DNA of 64,000 bases from Eledone cirrhosa (Eukaryota), in NCBI GenBank assembly GCA_964016885.1, contig OZ024758.1, forward strand, positions 30,814,001 through 30,878,000. Reading direction: 5' to 3'. Position 1 is the first letter of the stretch, and the number at the start of each line of letters is the position of its first letter. A program made the translations under genes and the position numbers. Of the stretch, positions 10,890-24,472 are shown piece by piece. The notes below the pieces were generated by a model that saw only the letters and a program-made list of their open reading frames with translations, was not told where the DNA came from and did not search any database.

Positions 10890-11270
10890 TATTGTCAGCG
10901 CAAAGGTAAAATGGGAAGACTTGGAATTTGGGTGTCTTATTACTTGCGCAAATGTCTAGATGTGCGCTTAGTGGTATGTGTCTCGTGGTTTGGATCTCGT
11001 AATTGTTGGCGATGAACTGTCATTCTATTTCTGAGTGTGAGTTTAGTTTGTCCTATCTAATCTTAATTGCATCCTTTACATTTAATGGCATAAAGCAGAT
11101 TTTTTGGTGAGCAAGTGAAGTGATTTTTTACAGCAAAATTTTGTCCTGAGAGATGAAACAGTTGTGGAGACGGTCTGTATATATATTCTATATCTTACGT
11201 TTGCTTCAGGTTAAATTTATCAAACCAATATGGTACTTCAACCCTCGTAATTTTAGACACAATTTACTTC
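10890..11270 (-). pseudogene. Degenerate PLE GIY-YIG endonuclease with CxxC (Neptune-type)
   Basis: Manual minus-strand translation: HFTCSPKNLLYAIKCKGCN*D*IGQTKLTLRNRMTVHRQQLRDP. Confidence 0.7.
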
Positions 11271-11284
11271 TTTCTACATATATT

Positions 11285-11330
<46 letters not shown>

Positions 11331-11495
11331 AATTAGTATATCTACCAACATATATATACAGATGCATACCTATGCTAGCAAATATATAGGTTTTGTCTTA
11401 GTAACTTTGTGGTTCAATGCAAGGGGATGCAGAACAATTATATGAAAGATGTAAAATAAGAGAATTATAAAAATTAACTTACTTACTAAAATTTC

Positions 11496-11577
11496 ACTCC
11501 AACTAATTAGTTTCTGAAAGGGAATAAACATGGTTTCTGAATGGAAAGCATGGAGAAACCTTTCGTCATCAGGAAGT
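11496..11577 (-). ncRNA. Type I hammerhead ribozyme with long stem II
   Basis: ACTTC-CTGATGA-CGAAAGG...CCTTTCA-GAAAC-TAATTA-GTT/GGAGT. Confidence 0.7.
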
Positions 11578-12024
11578 CTGTTCTCAGCTAAGTTACCAGG
11601 CGATGCGTGGACACAGGGAACTTATTCAAAAATAATTCAGTGGATGGAAAAAAGCAAGCGTGGACTAAATTCCAAGACATTGAAAAAATCACTGCCTACT
11701 TGGTCGGTCGCAAATTCAAAAGAATCAATCACGTGACATCGAGGTTAATCAGTGAGGAGTGGGGTGTTAAAAAGACAGTGGCCGAGCCATTACTATGAAC
11801 AATAGTAGCAGTTTTTGCAAATTTTTGCTCAACAAAATAATTTGGAGATAATTATAAAGAATTAGTATATCTACCAACATATATATACAGATGCATACCT
11901 ATGCTAGCAAATATATAGGTTTTGTCTTAGTAACTTTGTGGTTCAATGCAAGGGGATTCAGAACAATTATATGAAAGACGTAAAATAAGAGAATTATAAA
12001 AATTAACTTACTTACTAAAATTTC

Positions 12025-12092
12025 ACTCCAACTAATTAGTTTCTGAAACATGGTTTTCTGAAGCATGGAGAAACCTTTCGTCATCAGGAAAT
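12025..12092 (-). ncRNA. Type I hammerhead ribozyme (second unit, deletions in stem II)
   Basis: Core, stem I and stem III as in 11496-11577; stem II shortened. Confidence 0.55.
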
Positions 12093-12388
12093 CTGTTCTC
12101 AGCTAAGTTACCAGGCGATGCGTGGACACAGGGAACTTATACAAAAATAATTTAGTGGATGGAAAAAAGCCAGCGTGGACTAAATTCCAAGACATTGAAA
12201 AAATCACTGCCTACTTGGTCGGTCGCAAATTCAAAAGAATCAATCACGTGACATCGAGGTTAATCAGAGACGAAAGGTTTCTCCATGCTTTCCATTCAGA
12301 AACCATATTTATTCCCTTTCAGAAACTAATTAGTTGGAGTGAAATTTTAGTAAGTAAGTTAATTTTTATAATTCTCTTATTTTACGTC

Positions 12389-12474
<86 letters not shown>

Positions 12475-12476
<2 letters not shown>

Positions 12477-12662
12477 CAAAGGAATTGTGGTCAGGAACCA
12501 GATGGACCATAACGCACCAGAGTACTCAATACTTAGGGTAGTAGAGTAGGAAATAGGAAAAAGTATGACCTCGACGGCAGAGCTCTAGCCGTTTCGGCGG
12601 CTATTTCTGGAATAGCCGTCGAAACGGCTAGAGCTCTGCCGTCAGGGTCATACTTTTTCCTA
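12475..12662. mobile_element. Family A fold-back element
   Basis: Terminus 12475-12610 and inverted arm 12611-12662; flanked by (TA)n. Confidence 0.75.
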
Positions 12663-12699
12663 TATATATATAGTCATCTACTTAGGCACCTGCGCACGT

Positions 12700-13330
12700 G
12701 CTCCGTTCCACCCAATCTGTGTGAAAAGGATATGGGTGTAACTTGCAGACATACACAATGATATCTTATATGCATTTCTTATATGCCTTGGGGTATGTAG
12801 CTAATACATTTTATATGAATGTTCATTCAAGTATCCTCTTCCAATACAAGTCAGTCTCTTCCACGTTCAAAAAATCCTTCCTGCTAAATATATTTCTCTT
12901 GTAATTAAATTATCCAGCTTTGATAAACTTCTCAACTACTGCAACATCACCACTTGTTGCCTCGCCTGTTGCTCTCAAATTATGCAGACTTATTCTTTTT
13001 CTCTAACAATTAAACCATCATTTTGGAAAACTTGGAGGTTTTTTCATATACTTATCTTTTTATGAACATGTTAGTTGAGTTACCATACCTATAAAAACAT
13101 GTTGAGATACACCAACTCATACTCCTCTTGCTCCTTCCTTCCAAGTTTCGAAAATATGTAATTCCAGCTTTAGCTTTAATTATTAGTAGGCTTATGGCTA
13201 CACATGTTTGTATCCTGTCTTCCAGAGCAACAACAACTTCTTTATTTACTTGATAGGCTCTTGTTGCTCTTTCGTTATCACCGACTGCATTGTAACTGAA
13301 ACTTTTCCGCACCAGAATTCTTTCATTTCC
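12700..13330 (-). pseudogene. Degenerate pogo/Tigger-like DNA transposase
   Basis: Minus-strand peptides VVALEDRIQTCVAISLLIIKAKA (CENP-B-type HTH), RLHNLRATGEATSGDVAVVEKF and FLNVEETDLYWKR (first catalytic region FNxDETGLxWK), with stops and frameshifts. Confidence 0.7.
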
Positions 13331-13656
13331 CTAAAAGTTAGCTATAAATCAATCCCCCGTAGTATCAATTACTGCTTCTCTGCTTTATGTTGGGTAATTA
13401 TAATTTCACCTTTAAACTCTGGTCTGTTTCTTTCCTCGTGTATTGGTAGATGGAGAAATGTTTCTTTTGTATGACATCTTTGGTAATAGTAAGGCTTCAA
13501 AAGCTAAACAAGCTATTTCTGATGCATTCTGAAGTATTAATGATGTCGAGAGAACACGTGATGATGATGTTATTCGAAGATTCACATAGGTGCGAACGCA
13601 TACATATTTGATTTTAACGGATGCCAACAGAATATATATATATATATATATATATA

Positions 13657-14340
13657 TAAACGGAAAAAATGGAACGAAATTTCATTTCCCACTCTTAGTA
13701 CGGCTGTTACTTAAATATAAGTATGTACACGTACATACATATATGTATACAGACGTACAGTAGTATATATATATATATATATATACATACATGCACACAT
13801 ATATATATGTACGTATGGATTCACCGAACATTTATTATAATGCTCGGTGAGTTTGTAAACAAACATCCCGTATTAAGCCGTAGTGTCTAGCAACCACCGT
13901 TGCTCGTTTGTTCAACACTGACAAAGGAACGCTGTACTAGTTTCAAGCTTGTTAGCTATCGTCAGCAACGTATACCTTCCTGCCAGATAATTGAACGTCC
14001 GAAAGTATATACTTTCCGTATTAACGGCTGAGTAGCCCAATTTGCATATCGAGTGGGTTAATCGGCCGGGTGCACCGAAAACTATAAACGGAAAAAACGA
14101 AACGAAATTTCATTTCCCACTCTTAGTACGGCTGTTACTTAGTGTTGAACAAACGAGCAACGGTGGTTGCTAGACACTACGGCTTAATACGGGATGTTTG
14201 TTTACAAACACACCGAGCATTATAATAAATGTTTGGTGAATCCATACGTACATATATATATGTGTGCATGTATGTATATATATATACATACTACTGTACG
14301 TCTGTAAACATATATGTATGTACGTATACATACTTATATA
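13657..14340 (-). mobile_element. Non-autonomous HHR element (ACTAGT family): 428-bp unit plus 55-bp terminal redundancy plus inverted segment
   Basis: 13657-13712 is repeated at 14085-14140. 14141-14340 is the reverse complement of about 13715-13920. Confidence 0.8.
13929..13971 (-). ncRNA. Minimal type I hammerhead ribozyme
   Basis: ACGTTG-CTGACGA-TAGCT(AACA)AGCTT-GAAAC-TA-GTA/CAGCGT. Confidence 0.8.
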
Positions 14341-14549
14341 TATGTGTGTGTGTGTGTGAACAAAAATATGTATTGTTGCCCCAAAGCCCTGCTGACCTAT
14401 GTTACTATCGAAACACGTATGACAGCGATTGTGTAACAAATAAATCACGTAAATTATTACTTACCGACTTCTACTTCATTGTTACATTGTTATACCAATA
14501 CTCCTGTGTGCAGTAGAGTCGGTTGATTAACTAACACAAAATATACACA

Positions 14550-14603
<54 letters not shown>

Positions 14604-14647
14604 AAGTTAAATAAAAGTCAAATGATCAAAATTTAGCTTCGTTTATT

Positions 14648-14702
14648 ACTGCTATATATATTTCAGTGACAGCCATCTTTGGCTGTCACCTCTTCAGGCA
14701 GT
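14648..14702 (-). ncRNA. Type I hammerhead ribozyme
   Basis: ACTGC-CTGAAGA-GGTGACAGCCA(AAGA)TGGCTGTCACT-GAAAT-ATAT-ATA/GCAGT, then AATAAA; 11-bp stem II. Confidence 0.85.
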
Positions 14703-14812
14703 TTGAATTAGTATGGTGTAGACAAGTACATATGTTGTTTAGGTGTATGATATTGTCAATACTCTGATATGTCCAGTTTCTTGTTGGGTTGTTATTTCAA
14801 TGAGGAACTGGA

Positions 14813-14880
<68 letters not shown>

Positions 14881-15281
14881 ATATGGGTGAGTAGAATACT
14901 GCTGGTTGCACATGGATAACATGTTATAAAATGAGTCCCCCATCAGTGATTTACCAAACGATCATGGGTATTTCATCGCATTAAAAATCATATACCTCAC
15001 GTTGGAGCGATAATAACTAAAATAAGTTATTAGGACAAAAGAAACGCGTAAAGCGAGTGAGACAAGTAAACAACACAGGGGGAAGCTAACCGAAGATGGA
15101 AATAAACACAAGCAACATAGTTATTCTTTCAGCATAAGCTGTGTGAATATATGAGCGAGTCAAGAAAACAGACCTTTCGCTAGTGAATCCGGTATATATA
15201 TATATATATATATACGTTATTCCGGGTTGAATCGGAGGTAACCACAGTAAGTAAGGTACTCAATACATAGCAGAGTATAAC

Positions 15282-15405
15282 AGTTTTAATATAGATGAGA
15301 TTCTACAGGACTAGAACTGTTTCATTCATTTGAAATCATCAGGAATTCCTGATGATTTCAAATGAATGAAACAGTTCTAGTCCTGTAGAATCTCATCTAT
15401 ATTAA

Positions 15406-15409
<4 letters not shown>
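15282..15409. repeat. Perfect 128-bp palindrome centred beside a hammerhead core
   Basis: Centre GGAATTCC (15342-15349). Each strand reads CTGATGA-TTTCAAATGAAT-GAAAC-AGTTCTA-GTC. Confidence 0.9.
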
Positions 15410-15490
<81 letters not shown>

Positions 15491-15799
15491 GTTGCGACAG
15501 TAAACGGAAACCCAAAAAACGTGGAAGCGAAGAGGCAGTAGAAATGTTATTATTAGTTTCACGCTTACCAAACATCTCAATGAAAGAAATCTCTCAGAGA
15601 CGCAATATCATGTATTCAAATTAAATGAGAAAAAACTCTAATCCTGGGAATATAAACAAGATAGACGAAAACATTTTTTCTATTATTTTTCTATTATTGG
15701 AACCAGTAATAATTGCAGAATCCGCTACACTATTCGGGGGAGTATAATCCGTCAAGTTTAAGAGAAATGGAACAAGATATAATACATACTGTTTCCATA

Positions 15800-16439
15800 T
15801 CGTTATATATATCAACTCGAGGATGTCTGTGTGTCTGTGTACAACTTGGCATGCATAAGGCTTTCACAATTACCAACTGAATTTGACCAAATTCTCTGTG
15901 CACGTTGCGCAGGTCGCTAAGATTGTCACATCACAAATATTTTTCAAATCGACCCACGTTGAGCAACAAAAAATCGATATCGAAATTATCGGTAGGAAAA
16001 TTGATGTGAGGGAGATAAAAAACTTTATTGACAATCCTTATAAAGAAGGGAGATAACCTTTTCACCAACCATACACAGCAAAGGATGCTCTCAAAGAATA
16101 GATTTTCTCTTATTCTACTCTCATTGTTTTTTTGTTTGTATACAACTCTGCTTTCATTACAACTTTTTGTACTTTAGCAAAACTGCCTGTTTTTTTTACA
16201 GATTTGCAACGTGTATTGTCTTTAATCATTTGTATAACTACATCCTGTTCAGTGTTTTCCTTCATTATCAGCATAGTTTTATGTGTACAAAGATTGCACT
16301 AAATATTCGTTTGCATTAATTATTGAAGACTTCTGCTTATTTTGACAGGTTGGGGACAAATAATGTTCTTCTTTTACTTCCTAGCTGTATATTCTTAGCA
16401 TAATTTCAAACCCCGAGCAACGCCGGGTAAATCTGCTAG
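15800..16439 (+). mobile_element. Non-autonomous Helitron
   Basis: 5' A|TC start, 3' hairpin CCCGAGCAACGCCGGG followed by CTAG|T; longer relative of 47707-48102. Confidence 0.8.
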
Positions 16440-16934
16440 TATATAATAAAGATAGATATTTAAGTTTGAAATTACCTACTACTAGGTTTTATCGTATGAA
16501 TGAAACGACACCAGCAGTAGTTTGGTGTAACGTTTTGTAATAGGCATCAAAGGATCATGCGAATAATTTAGGAAGGTCGAAATTAATATTGTTTATCAAT
16601 TAATTAGTTATCTTCCTAGTTTCTTTCATGTATCTCTATTGATTTTTAATTTGTTGTCTGCTATTAATTAAGGTCAACTTTGTCTTTCATCCATTCATGG
16701 TCGATAAAAAAAAGTACCAGTTACGTACTGAGATCGATTCTTCTTCTGTGCCTCTTTCTCACTTCCATTCTCTCTCTGGAAGAAATCTACGGTATTTAGG
16801 CATGGAAAGGAGATAGGCTCCGTCAGCTTTTTAAAAACAATGCCCAAGAAACGCCGTATGTCCTTATGGCGGCCCTACCACTCCCCAGGATGTATGGGTT
16901 CATACCATAACATTAATTAAGCTTTTATAAATAA

Positions 16935-17120
16935 TTGTTTATACGTTTGGCACAAGGCCAGCAATTATTCCACTGTATTACTGGTACTTTATTTTATCGT
17001 CCCTGTAAGGATGAAAGGCAAAGTTAATCTCGGCGGGATTTGAACTCAGATCATAAAGGGAGGTAACTCTATGCTTCAAAGCATGACGTCCAACTCTCTA
17101 CCGATACTGCCAATCCACCG
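16935..17120 (-). mobile_element. tRNA-derived Nin-domain SINE
   Basis: Minus strand has A-box-like TGGCAG, B-box GAGTTCAAATCC and Nin-like GCCTTTCATCCTT..GATAAAAT. Confidence 0.75.
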
Positions 17121-17789
17121 TAAATAATGAAGATTTTGAGGAATTCCATTTATGATGATAGTTTTTCTCAGCTAAGGTTTTTTTTACTAGTTTCGTTTCG
17201 AATATTGATGTAATGGCTTCTTGTTACAAATGCATAGTAAACCGATGGAAGAGTGTTACATTTGATTCTGTCGTGAAGATTTATTGTCAAACTAAATGTT
17301 TAGTGAAAAAGATTAATTTCAAACGCGGTTGTGTCTTAAGCACATGTTTGAAAGAAAATCTACGTGTATGATTGTATATGCATCTCTATTTGTGTATGTA
17401 TATATACATTTCGGTGTATATAGACGTACGTATGTAAACTGTAGTTATATATGCATATGTGTGTAACTTTAGGCCTTGCTCACTGCAATCCAAATCTTTA
17501 TCTGAATATATTAGCTGATTATTCAATTAGGCGCTCAAAGGTAATTGTTTAAATTCACTCTGGTAGCAGTTTAACGTAGAGCTCTAATCACCGAAAATAT
17601 TTCTGTAGGGTATTGTTTACAATAGTCAGAATTTGAAATGAATGTGTATTCAAGCTACCCTGTCTATTACAACGAGGTTTCAGGCAAGAAATATGGTAAA
17701 TAATTCTTCAAATACCTATTAAAAAATACTCTTATCTCTCATAACAATTAAATGTGTTAAAATAATAAGAAATAAACGATTCCATGTAT

Positions 17790-18090
17790 TATTACAAAGT
17801 ACCAGTAATGCACTGGGTAATTGCTGACCTTGTGCCTAAAGTAGAAACAATTATTACAATGTCAATAGCAGTAAATTGGCAGAATCGGTAGAACGTCGGA
17901 CACTCTGCTTCATGGCATAGAGGTACGGCCCTTTACGTTCTGAGTTCAATTCCAGACGGGATTAGCTTTGCCTTTCATCCTTACGGGGTCGATAAAATGA
18001 TGTACCAGTCATGTACTGGGGTCGATTTAATCGACTTTTCCCTCCCCAAAAAATTTCTACCATTGAGCCTAAATCAGAAACCATTATTAG
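17790..18090 (+). mobile_element. Nin-domain SINE copies (3' fragment plus near-full copy)
   Basis: tggcagaatcggtag...gagttcaattcc...gcctttcatccttacggggtcgataaaatg. Confidence 0.75.
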
Positions 18091-19893
18091 AGAATGAAAT
18101 GGTCAACTATTTCTAAATGTTAATTGAAGAGATCCTAAGAGGCCCCAAACATGTCCAGAGTTGCCTTACGTACCTTGAAATAATTCAGATTATATTAGTC
18201 ATTGATTAATATTTATTGTTTTTCTTACCCCACAGTCATAACTTCCACTTATTTCAGTCAAACTGGGTCGTTTAATCCCTACTCATTTATAAATGGTGAC
18301 CGATGAGCTAAGCGTCCTTCACTGGTAAGAGCTTCATTTTCCTATAGTGAATCATAGAGCTGTAAAGATGATGATGAAACATATGTAATACATTTACAGC
18401 AGAAACTGATACCATCACGTTCATATCTACAATGTATGATTAGTTGTACTGGCTTCTTCAGCGTTCGGTTCCTTTCAAAGGGGCAGGCTACATACTCTTG
18501 ACACTTTAATAAATGATCAAAGATACTTTCGGCATAAAAAATGATAAAGTCGACATTTATATACTTTATTTAATGTGGCAAAGAATTTAATTAATTAAAA
18601 TTACACTCGTAATATAGAAAAAAATCATTACCTTAATGATTCATTCTGGTTAAGTGAGATAACCGAAGAATTTTAATGAATTTGAATTAAATATAAGAAG
18701 AAAGCAGCAGAAAATTAGTCTGATCTCTGACCGGTTTGAAATCTTTTAAGAAAACTATCACGAATTCATACAGCCCGCAGTAGGATAGACCGTTTGCTCT
18801 AAACTATTAAATTACATATTGATTATCTAAATTAACTAAATTATATGTTACTTAGCTAAAGTAAATTATGTAAATAAGGAAATAGGACCGTCAAATACAT
18901 AAATCTGAATATAGATATACACAGAACAAACACTAAGTAACCCCTGAATATCCTTATACATAAATAATACTCTCCGAAAACAAAGCCAATAATAAACAAA
19001 ACACCCAGTGGATATATATTGTCTTATCTTAGAATATAGTAATTCTGGTGTTCAAATTCTTTCTTTCTATGAATAACAACATTCAAGGTTCGGCAAAACT
19101 GATTCACCTACAAAAACGTTTCAGTGACTGTGTAACAAAAGCTCGATCTTTTAAGAATAAATCGACAGACAACTTATATAGTATATATATTTTTTCATAT
19201 AACATATATCGGCAACCTTTCATCTAGTCTAGATATTGATTCTGAAGTTTGGACTTAAATATTTTAAAGGATTAACTCCAGATCAAATCAGTCATGTTAA
19301 TCTGATATATTTTCGTTTCACAAACATCTTCGGAGGATTTTGTTTTTTCTGATTTGTATTTCGGAATCGGTTGCTATTTTAAGTGCTACAATACCTTATT
19401 TATTTATTTTTGCCTATGCTATTAGCCTATCATAATAGCAAGATAATTCGTTGTTTTTCTATTAAACTAAGACGTCTATTCGTCCTCACCAGTTCTTAGT
19501 ACAATTGCCTCCCAATAAGCTTCTCATGCAGGATATGTTAGATGGAATTAAAATTAATATGGATAGTATCTTCCAGTTTGTGTCAATAACGTAATGGATA
19601 ATTTGTATAAACATTTGATAAAACAACTGTATATTTTAGTTGTAAATACAGATTCATGGTATTTTTTCCTGATTTTGGTTTTCGTTAGATACACATTTCT
19701 CAATTAACTATGAATGTCTCGATTGCTTCTGATTTGGTTTTTATTTATGTCAAATTTAATTACATTTCTAGAAAATATACGCTTTCATCATATTGATACT
19801 TCTCACTTTGTTCTTTAATTATGTTAGGAAGAACGATATATGTTAAGAACATCGGAAAATCTGCCATTTCTATCCATTTTATTATTTTACATA

Positions 19894-21544
19894 GACACCA
19901 CTCAGTGGGCAAGGGCATATGCTAGTTTATTAAATAACTTGACACCACTCAGGGGGCAAGGGTATATGCTAGTTTATTAAATAACTTGACACCACTCAGT
20001 GGGCAAGGGTATATGCTAGTTTATTAAATAACTTGACACCACTCAGTGGGCAAGGGTATATGCTAGTTTATTAAATAACTTGACACAACTCAGTGGGCAA
20101 GGGTATATGCTAGTTTATTAAATAACTTGACACAACTCAGTGGGCAAGGGTATATGCTAGTTTATTAAATAACTTGACACCACTCAGGGGGCAAGGGTAT
20201 ATGCTAGTTTATTAAATGACTTGACACCACTTAGTGGGCAAGGGGATATGCTAGTTTATTAAATAACTTGACACAACTCAGTGGGCAAGGGTATATGCTA
20301 GTTTATTAAATAACTTGACACCACTCAGGGGGCAAGGGTATATGCTAGTTTATTAAATAACTTGACACCACTCAGTGGGCAAGGGTATATGCTAGTTTAT
20401 TAAATAACTTGACACCACTCAGTGGGCAAGGGTATATGCTAGTTTATTAAATAACTTGACACCACTCAGTGGGCAAGGGTATATGCTAGTTTATTAAATA
20501 ACTTGACACCACTCAGGGGGCAAGGGTATATGCTAGTTTATTAAATAACTTGACACCACTCAGTGGGCAAGGGTATATGCTAGTTTATTAAATAACTTGA
20601 CACCACTCAGTGGGCAAGGGTATATGCTAGTTTATTAAATAACTTGACACCACTCAGTGGGCAAGGGTATATGCTAGTTTATTAAATAACTTGACACCAC
20701 TCAGTGGGCAAGGGTATATGCTAGTTTATTAAATAACTTGACACCACTCAGGGGGCAAGGGTATATGCTAGTTTATTAAATAACTTGACACCACTAAGTG
20801 GGCAAGGGCATATGCTAGTTTATTAAATAACTTGACACCACTCAGTGGGCAAGGGTATATGCTAGTTTATTAAATAACTTGACACAACTCAGTGGGCAAG
20901 GGTATATGCTAGTTTATTAAATAACTTGACACCACTAAGTGGGCAAGGGCATATGCTAGTTTATTAAATGACTTGACACCACTAAGTGGGCAAGGGGATA
21001 TGCTAGTTTATTAAATAACTTGACACCACTAAGTGGGCAAGGGGATATGCTAGTTTATTAAATAACTTGACACAACTCAGTGGGCAAGGGTATATGCTAG
21101 TTTATTAAATAACTTGACACCACTCAGGGGGCAAGGGTATATGCTAGTTTATTAAATAACTTGACACCACTCAGTGGGCAAGGGTATATGCTAGTTTATT
21201 AAATAACTTGACACCACTCAGTGGGCAAGGGTATATGCTAGTTTATTAAATAACTTGACACCACTAAGTGGGCAAGGGTATATGCTAGTTTATTAAATGA
21301 CTTGACACCACTAAGTGGGCAAGGGTATATGCTAGTTTATTAAATAACTTGACACCACTCAGTGGGCAAGGGTATATGCTAGTTTATTAAATGACTTGAC
21401 ACCACTAAGTGGGCAAGGGCATATGCTAGTTTATTAAATGACTTGACACCATTTAGTGGGCAAGGGTATATGCTAGTTTATTAAATAACTTGACACCACT
21501 CAGTGGGCAAGGGCATATGCTAGTTTATTAAATGACTTGACACC
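19894..21544. repeat. Minisatellite, 47-bp unit, ~35 copies
   Basis: GACACCACTCAGTGGGCAAGGGTATATGCTAGTTTATTAAATAACTT in head-to-tail copies with no spacers. Confidence 0.95.
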
Positions 21545-22139
21545 AAAAAATTGGGTTTGAATCGAGCACCATAACACTTTTTAAGATACCCTTTTTTTTA
21601 TATAATGTTTAGAAAGTTTTAGTCAATGATAATGTGTCTCCGCGGCCCTTTCGGACTATTCTATTCTCTGTTACTATGGTATACCTCATAGTTTAGTAAT
21701 TTCTCCTGCACTGACCATCTTGTATATTAACTACCTGGTTACTATCAATTCTAAAAATACACACCCCCCCTGATAATAACAAACCTCATTCCTCATTAAT
21801 ATACATAAGAGTAATTCACACTCAACCAAAACATTTCCCATTAGATCTGGATTACCTCCACGAAGAGAGACCTTGGAAGCATTCTTCAATACTAACAAAT
21901 GTAGAAACAAGCTTCTTAACTTCTCTTCCACGAATTTCGTTCCTGAGCCCGTAAATGGAGCACGAGTACTGTGTTTTCTGAGGGTCATCTGGAGTTGTAA
22001 GTCCATTCTGACAACCCATGATAATATATCGTCCTTTGTCATTCTTACGCTGATAACATGCTGAAGTTGTGGAACAAAGGTGAGAAGATACCAAGTTCAA
22101 CTTTGTTCTCGATGTTCCTAACGCCACTCAACCCTTCTG

Positions 22140-22310
22140 ACAGTGGAGACTTCTGGTGTCCTCGGTACTAGGGCTACCTGAGCTGGCCAGCCGCAGGTGT
22201 GAACTCCGCGAGTCGGAGTGGCTTTTCCAGCGCAGCTACCTTTCCGTCCTCCGGAGGAACGCCTTCTCCATCCTGTCCGTCGGGGCTGTGGGGAGGCTCC
22301 ATCCTATAAC
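22140..22310 (+). mobile_element. CRE-clade non-LTR retrotransposon 3' fragment
   Basis: Translates ETSGVLGTRA...RESEWLFQR..LSVLRRNAFSILS, resembling the CRE REL-endonuclease C-terminal motif LFQRLSxAxxRGNA. Confidence 0.55.
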
Positions 22311-22637
22311 ATTCCATATTTAGGTATCCAGATTAATGGTTTTTATATACGCAGTATAGAAGTGTATCAGTAATTATATTCCTTACAATCTCTGCCTACT
22401 TGGGCTTTATGGTTTCACTCAAACATTACACTCACAGCACCTCAAAGGAGAGGGTGTCCTGCCACTCCTCATTTTGAAAGACTCTTTCAATGTTCGTGCA
22501 AGATAAGATACCAATAATATCGATTATTTACCCGCGGGTTAGATCAATATGTACTTTTCATTAAAATTCCCTATCTCCACTGAGTCTTAGAATTTTTAAA
22601 TAACAAACATATTTGAGACATTGATGTCACATGAGTC

Positions 22638-23168
22638 CACACACACACACACACACCGCCCACCATACACACCACACACACCACACACACCACACACACC
22701 ATACACACACCAAACACACACACACACAAACACCGCCCACCATACACACCACACACACCACACACACCACACACACCATACACACACCACACACACCATA
22801 CACACACCACACACACACCACACACACACACCACACACGCGCACATACACCACACCACACACACCACACCACACCACACACACCACACACCACACACCAC
22901 ACCACACACACCACACACACCACACACCACACACACACACAAACACACACCGCCCACCATACACACCACACACACCACACACACCATACACACACCACAC
23001 ACACACCATACACACCACACACACACCACACACACACCACACACACACACCACGCACACACACACACCACACACCACACCACACACACAACACCACACAA
23101 CACACCACACACACACCACACACATCAAATACACACACCACCCACACACACCACCCCCACAATACACA
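22638..23168. repeat. Complex (CA)n/CACCA low-complexity tract
   Basis: Direct inspection. Confidence 0.95.
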
Positions 23169-23270
23169 TATCTATATATATTATATGTGGGAGGTATGTA
23201 ATAATATCAATAATAATAACAACAACAACAACAATAATAACAATAATTTAAGCAAGTGGAGTATGTTCTA

Positions 23271-24472
23271 CTAGCACGTGTAGTGTGTATATTGATATTA
23301 TACACAAGTATATATACATGTAGATATTATATATCTGCTAGCATATGTAGTGTATATATTGATATTTTACACAAGTATATATACATGTAGATATTATATA
23401 TCTGCTGGCATGTGTAGTGTGTATATTGATATTATACACAGGTATATATACATGTAGATATTATATATCTGCTGGCATGTGTAGTGTGTATATTGATATT
23501 ATACACAGGTATATATACATGTAGATATTATATATCTGCTAGCATATGTAGTGTGTATATTGATATTATACGCAGGTATTTATACATGTAGATATTATAT
23601 ATCTGCTGGCATGTGTAGTGTGTATATTGATATTATACACAAGTATATATACATGTAGATATTATATATCTGCTAGCATGTGTAGTGTGTATATTGATAT
23701 TATACGCAGGTATATATACATGTAGATATTATATATATGCTAGCATGTGTAGTGTGTATATTGATATTATACGCAGGTATATATACATGTAGATATTATA
23801 TATATGCTAGCATGTGTAGTGTGTATATTGATATTATACGCTGGTATATATACATGTAGATATTATATATCTACTAGTACATGTAGTGTGTAATATTGAT
23901 ATTATACATAAGTATATATACATGTAGATATTATATATCTACTAGCTCGTGTAGTGTGTATATTGATATTATACACAGGTATATATATACATGTAGATAT
24001 TATATATCAGCTAGCACGTGTAGTGTGTATATTCATATTATACACAAGTATATATACATGTAGATATTATATATCTGCTAGCACGTGTAGTGTGTATATT
24101 GATATTATACGCAGGTATATATACATGTAGATATTATATATCAGCTAGCACGTGTAGTGTGTATATTGATATTATACGCAGGTATATATACATGTAGATA
24201 TTATATATCTACTAGCACGTGTAGTGTGTATATTGATATTATACGCAGGTATATATACATGTAGATATTATATATCTACTAGCACGTGTAGTGTGTAAAT
24301 TGATATTATACGCAGGTATATATACATGTAGATATTATATATCTACTAGCACGTGTAGTGTGTATATTGATATTATACGCAGGTATATATACATGTAGAT
24401 ATTATATATCTGCTGGCATGTGTAGTGTGTATATTGATATTATACACAAGTATATATATACATGTAGATATG
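23271..24472. repeat. Minisatellite, 67-bp unit, ~18 copies
   Basis: CTAGCACGTGTAGTGTGTATATTGATATTATACACAAGTATATATACATGTAGATATTATATATCTG. Confidence 0.95.

Larger units (their letters stand above)
11326..12395 (-). mobile_element. Retrozyme/pLTR-like element: 529-bp unit, ~1.8 units, plus inverted segment, flanked by (TA)n
   Basis: 11326-11752 is repeated at 11855-12267. 12268-12395 is inverted. One HHR per unit. Confidence 0.8.

Noticed and set aside
18236-18323. Possible host exon (ttttcttaccccacag ... ctg|gtaaga)
   Set aside because: Splice-like signals are present, but all three frames contain stops and no partner exons are recognisable. RNA-seq would be needed.
19894-21544. CRISPR-like regular array (also 24908-25505 and 56341-57012)
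   Set aside because: Units are head-to-tail with no unique spacers, there are no cas genes, and the context is eukaryotic.
21731-22127. Overlapping ORFs of 60-100 aa
   Set aside because: No recognisable domain; probably a decayed repeat.
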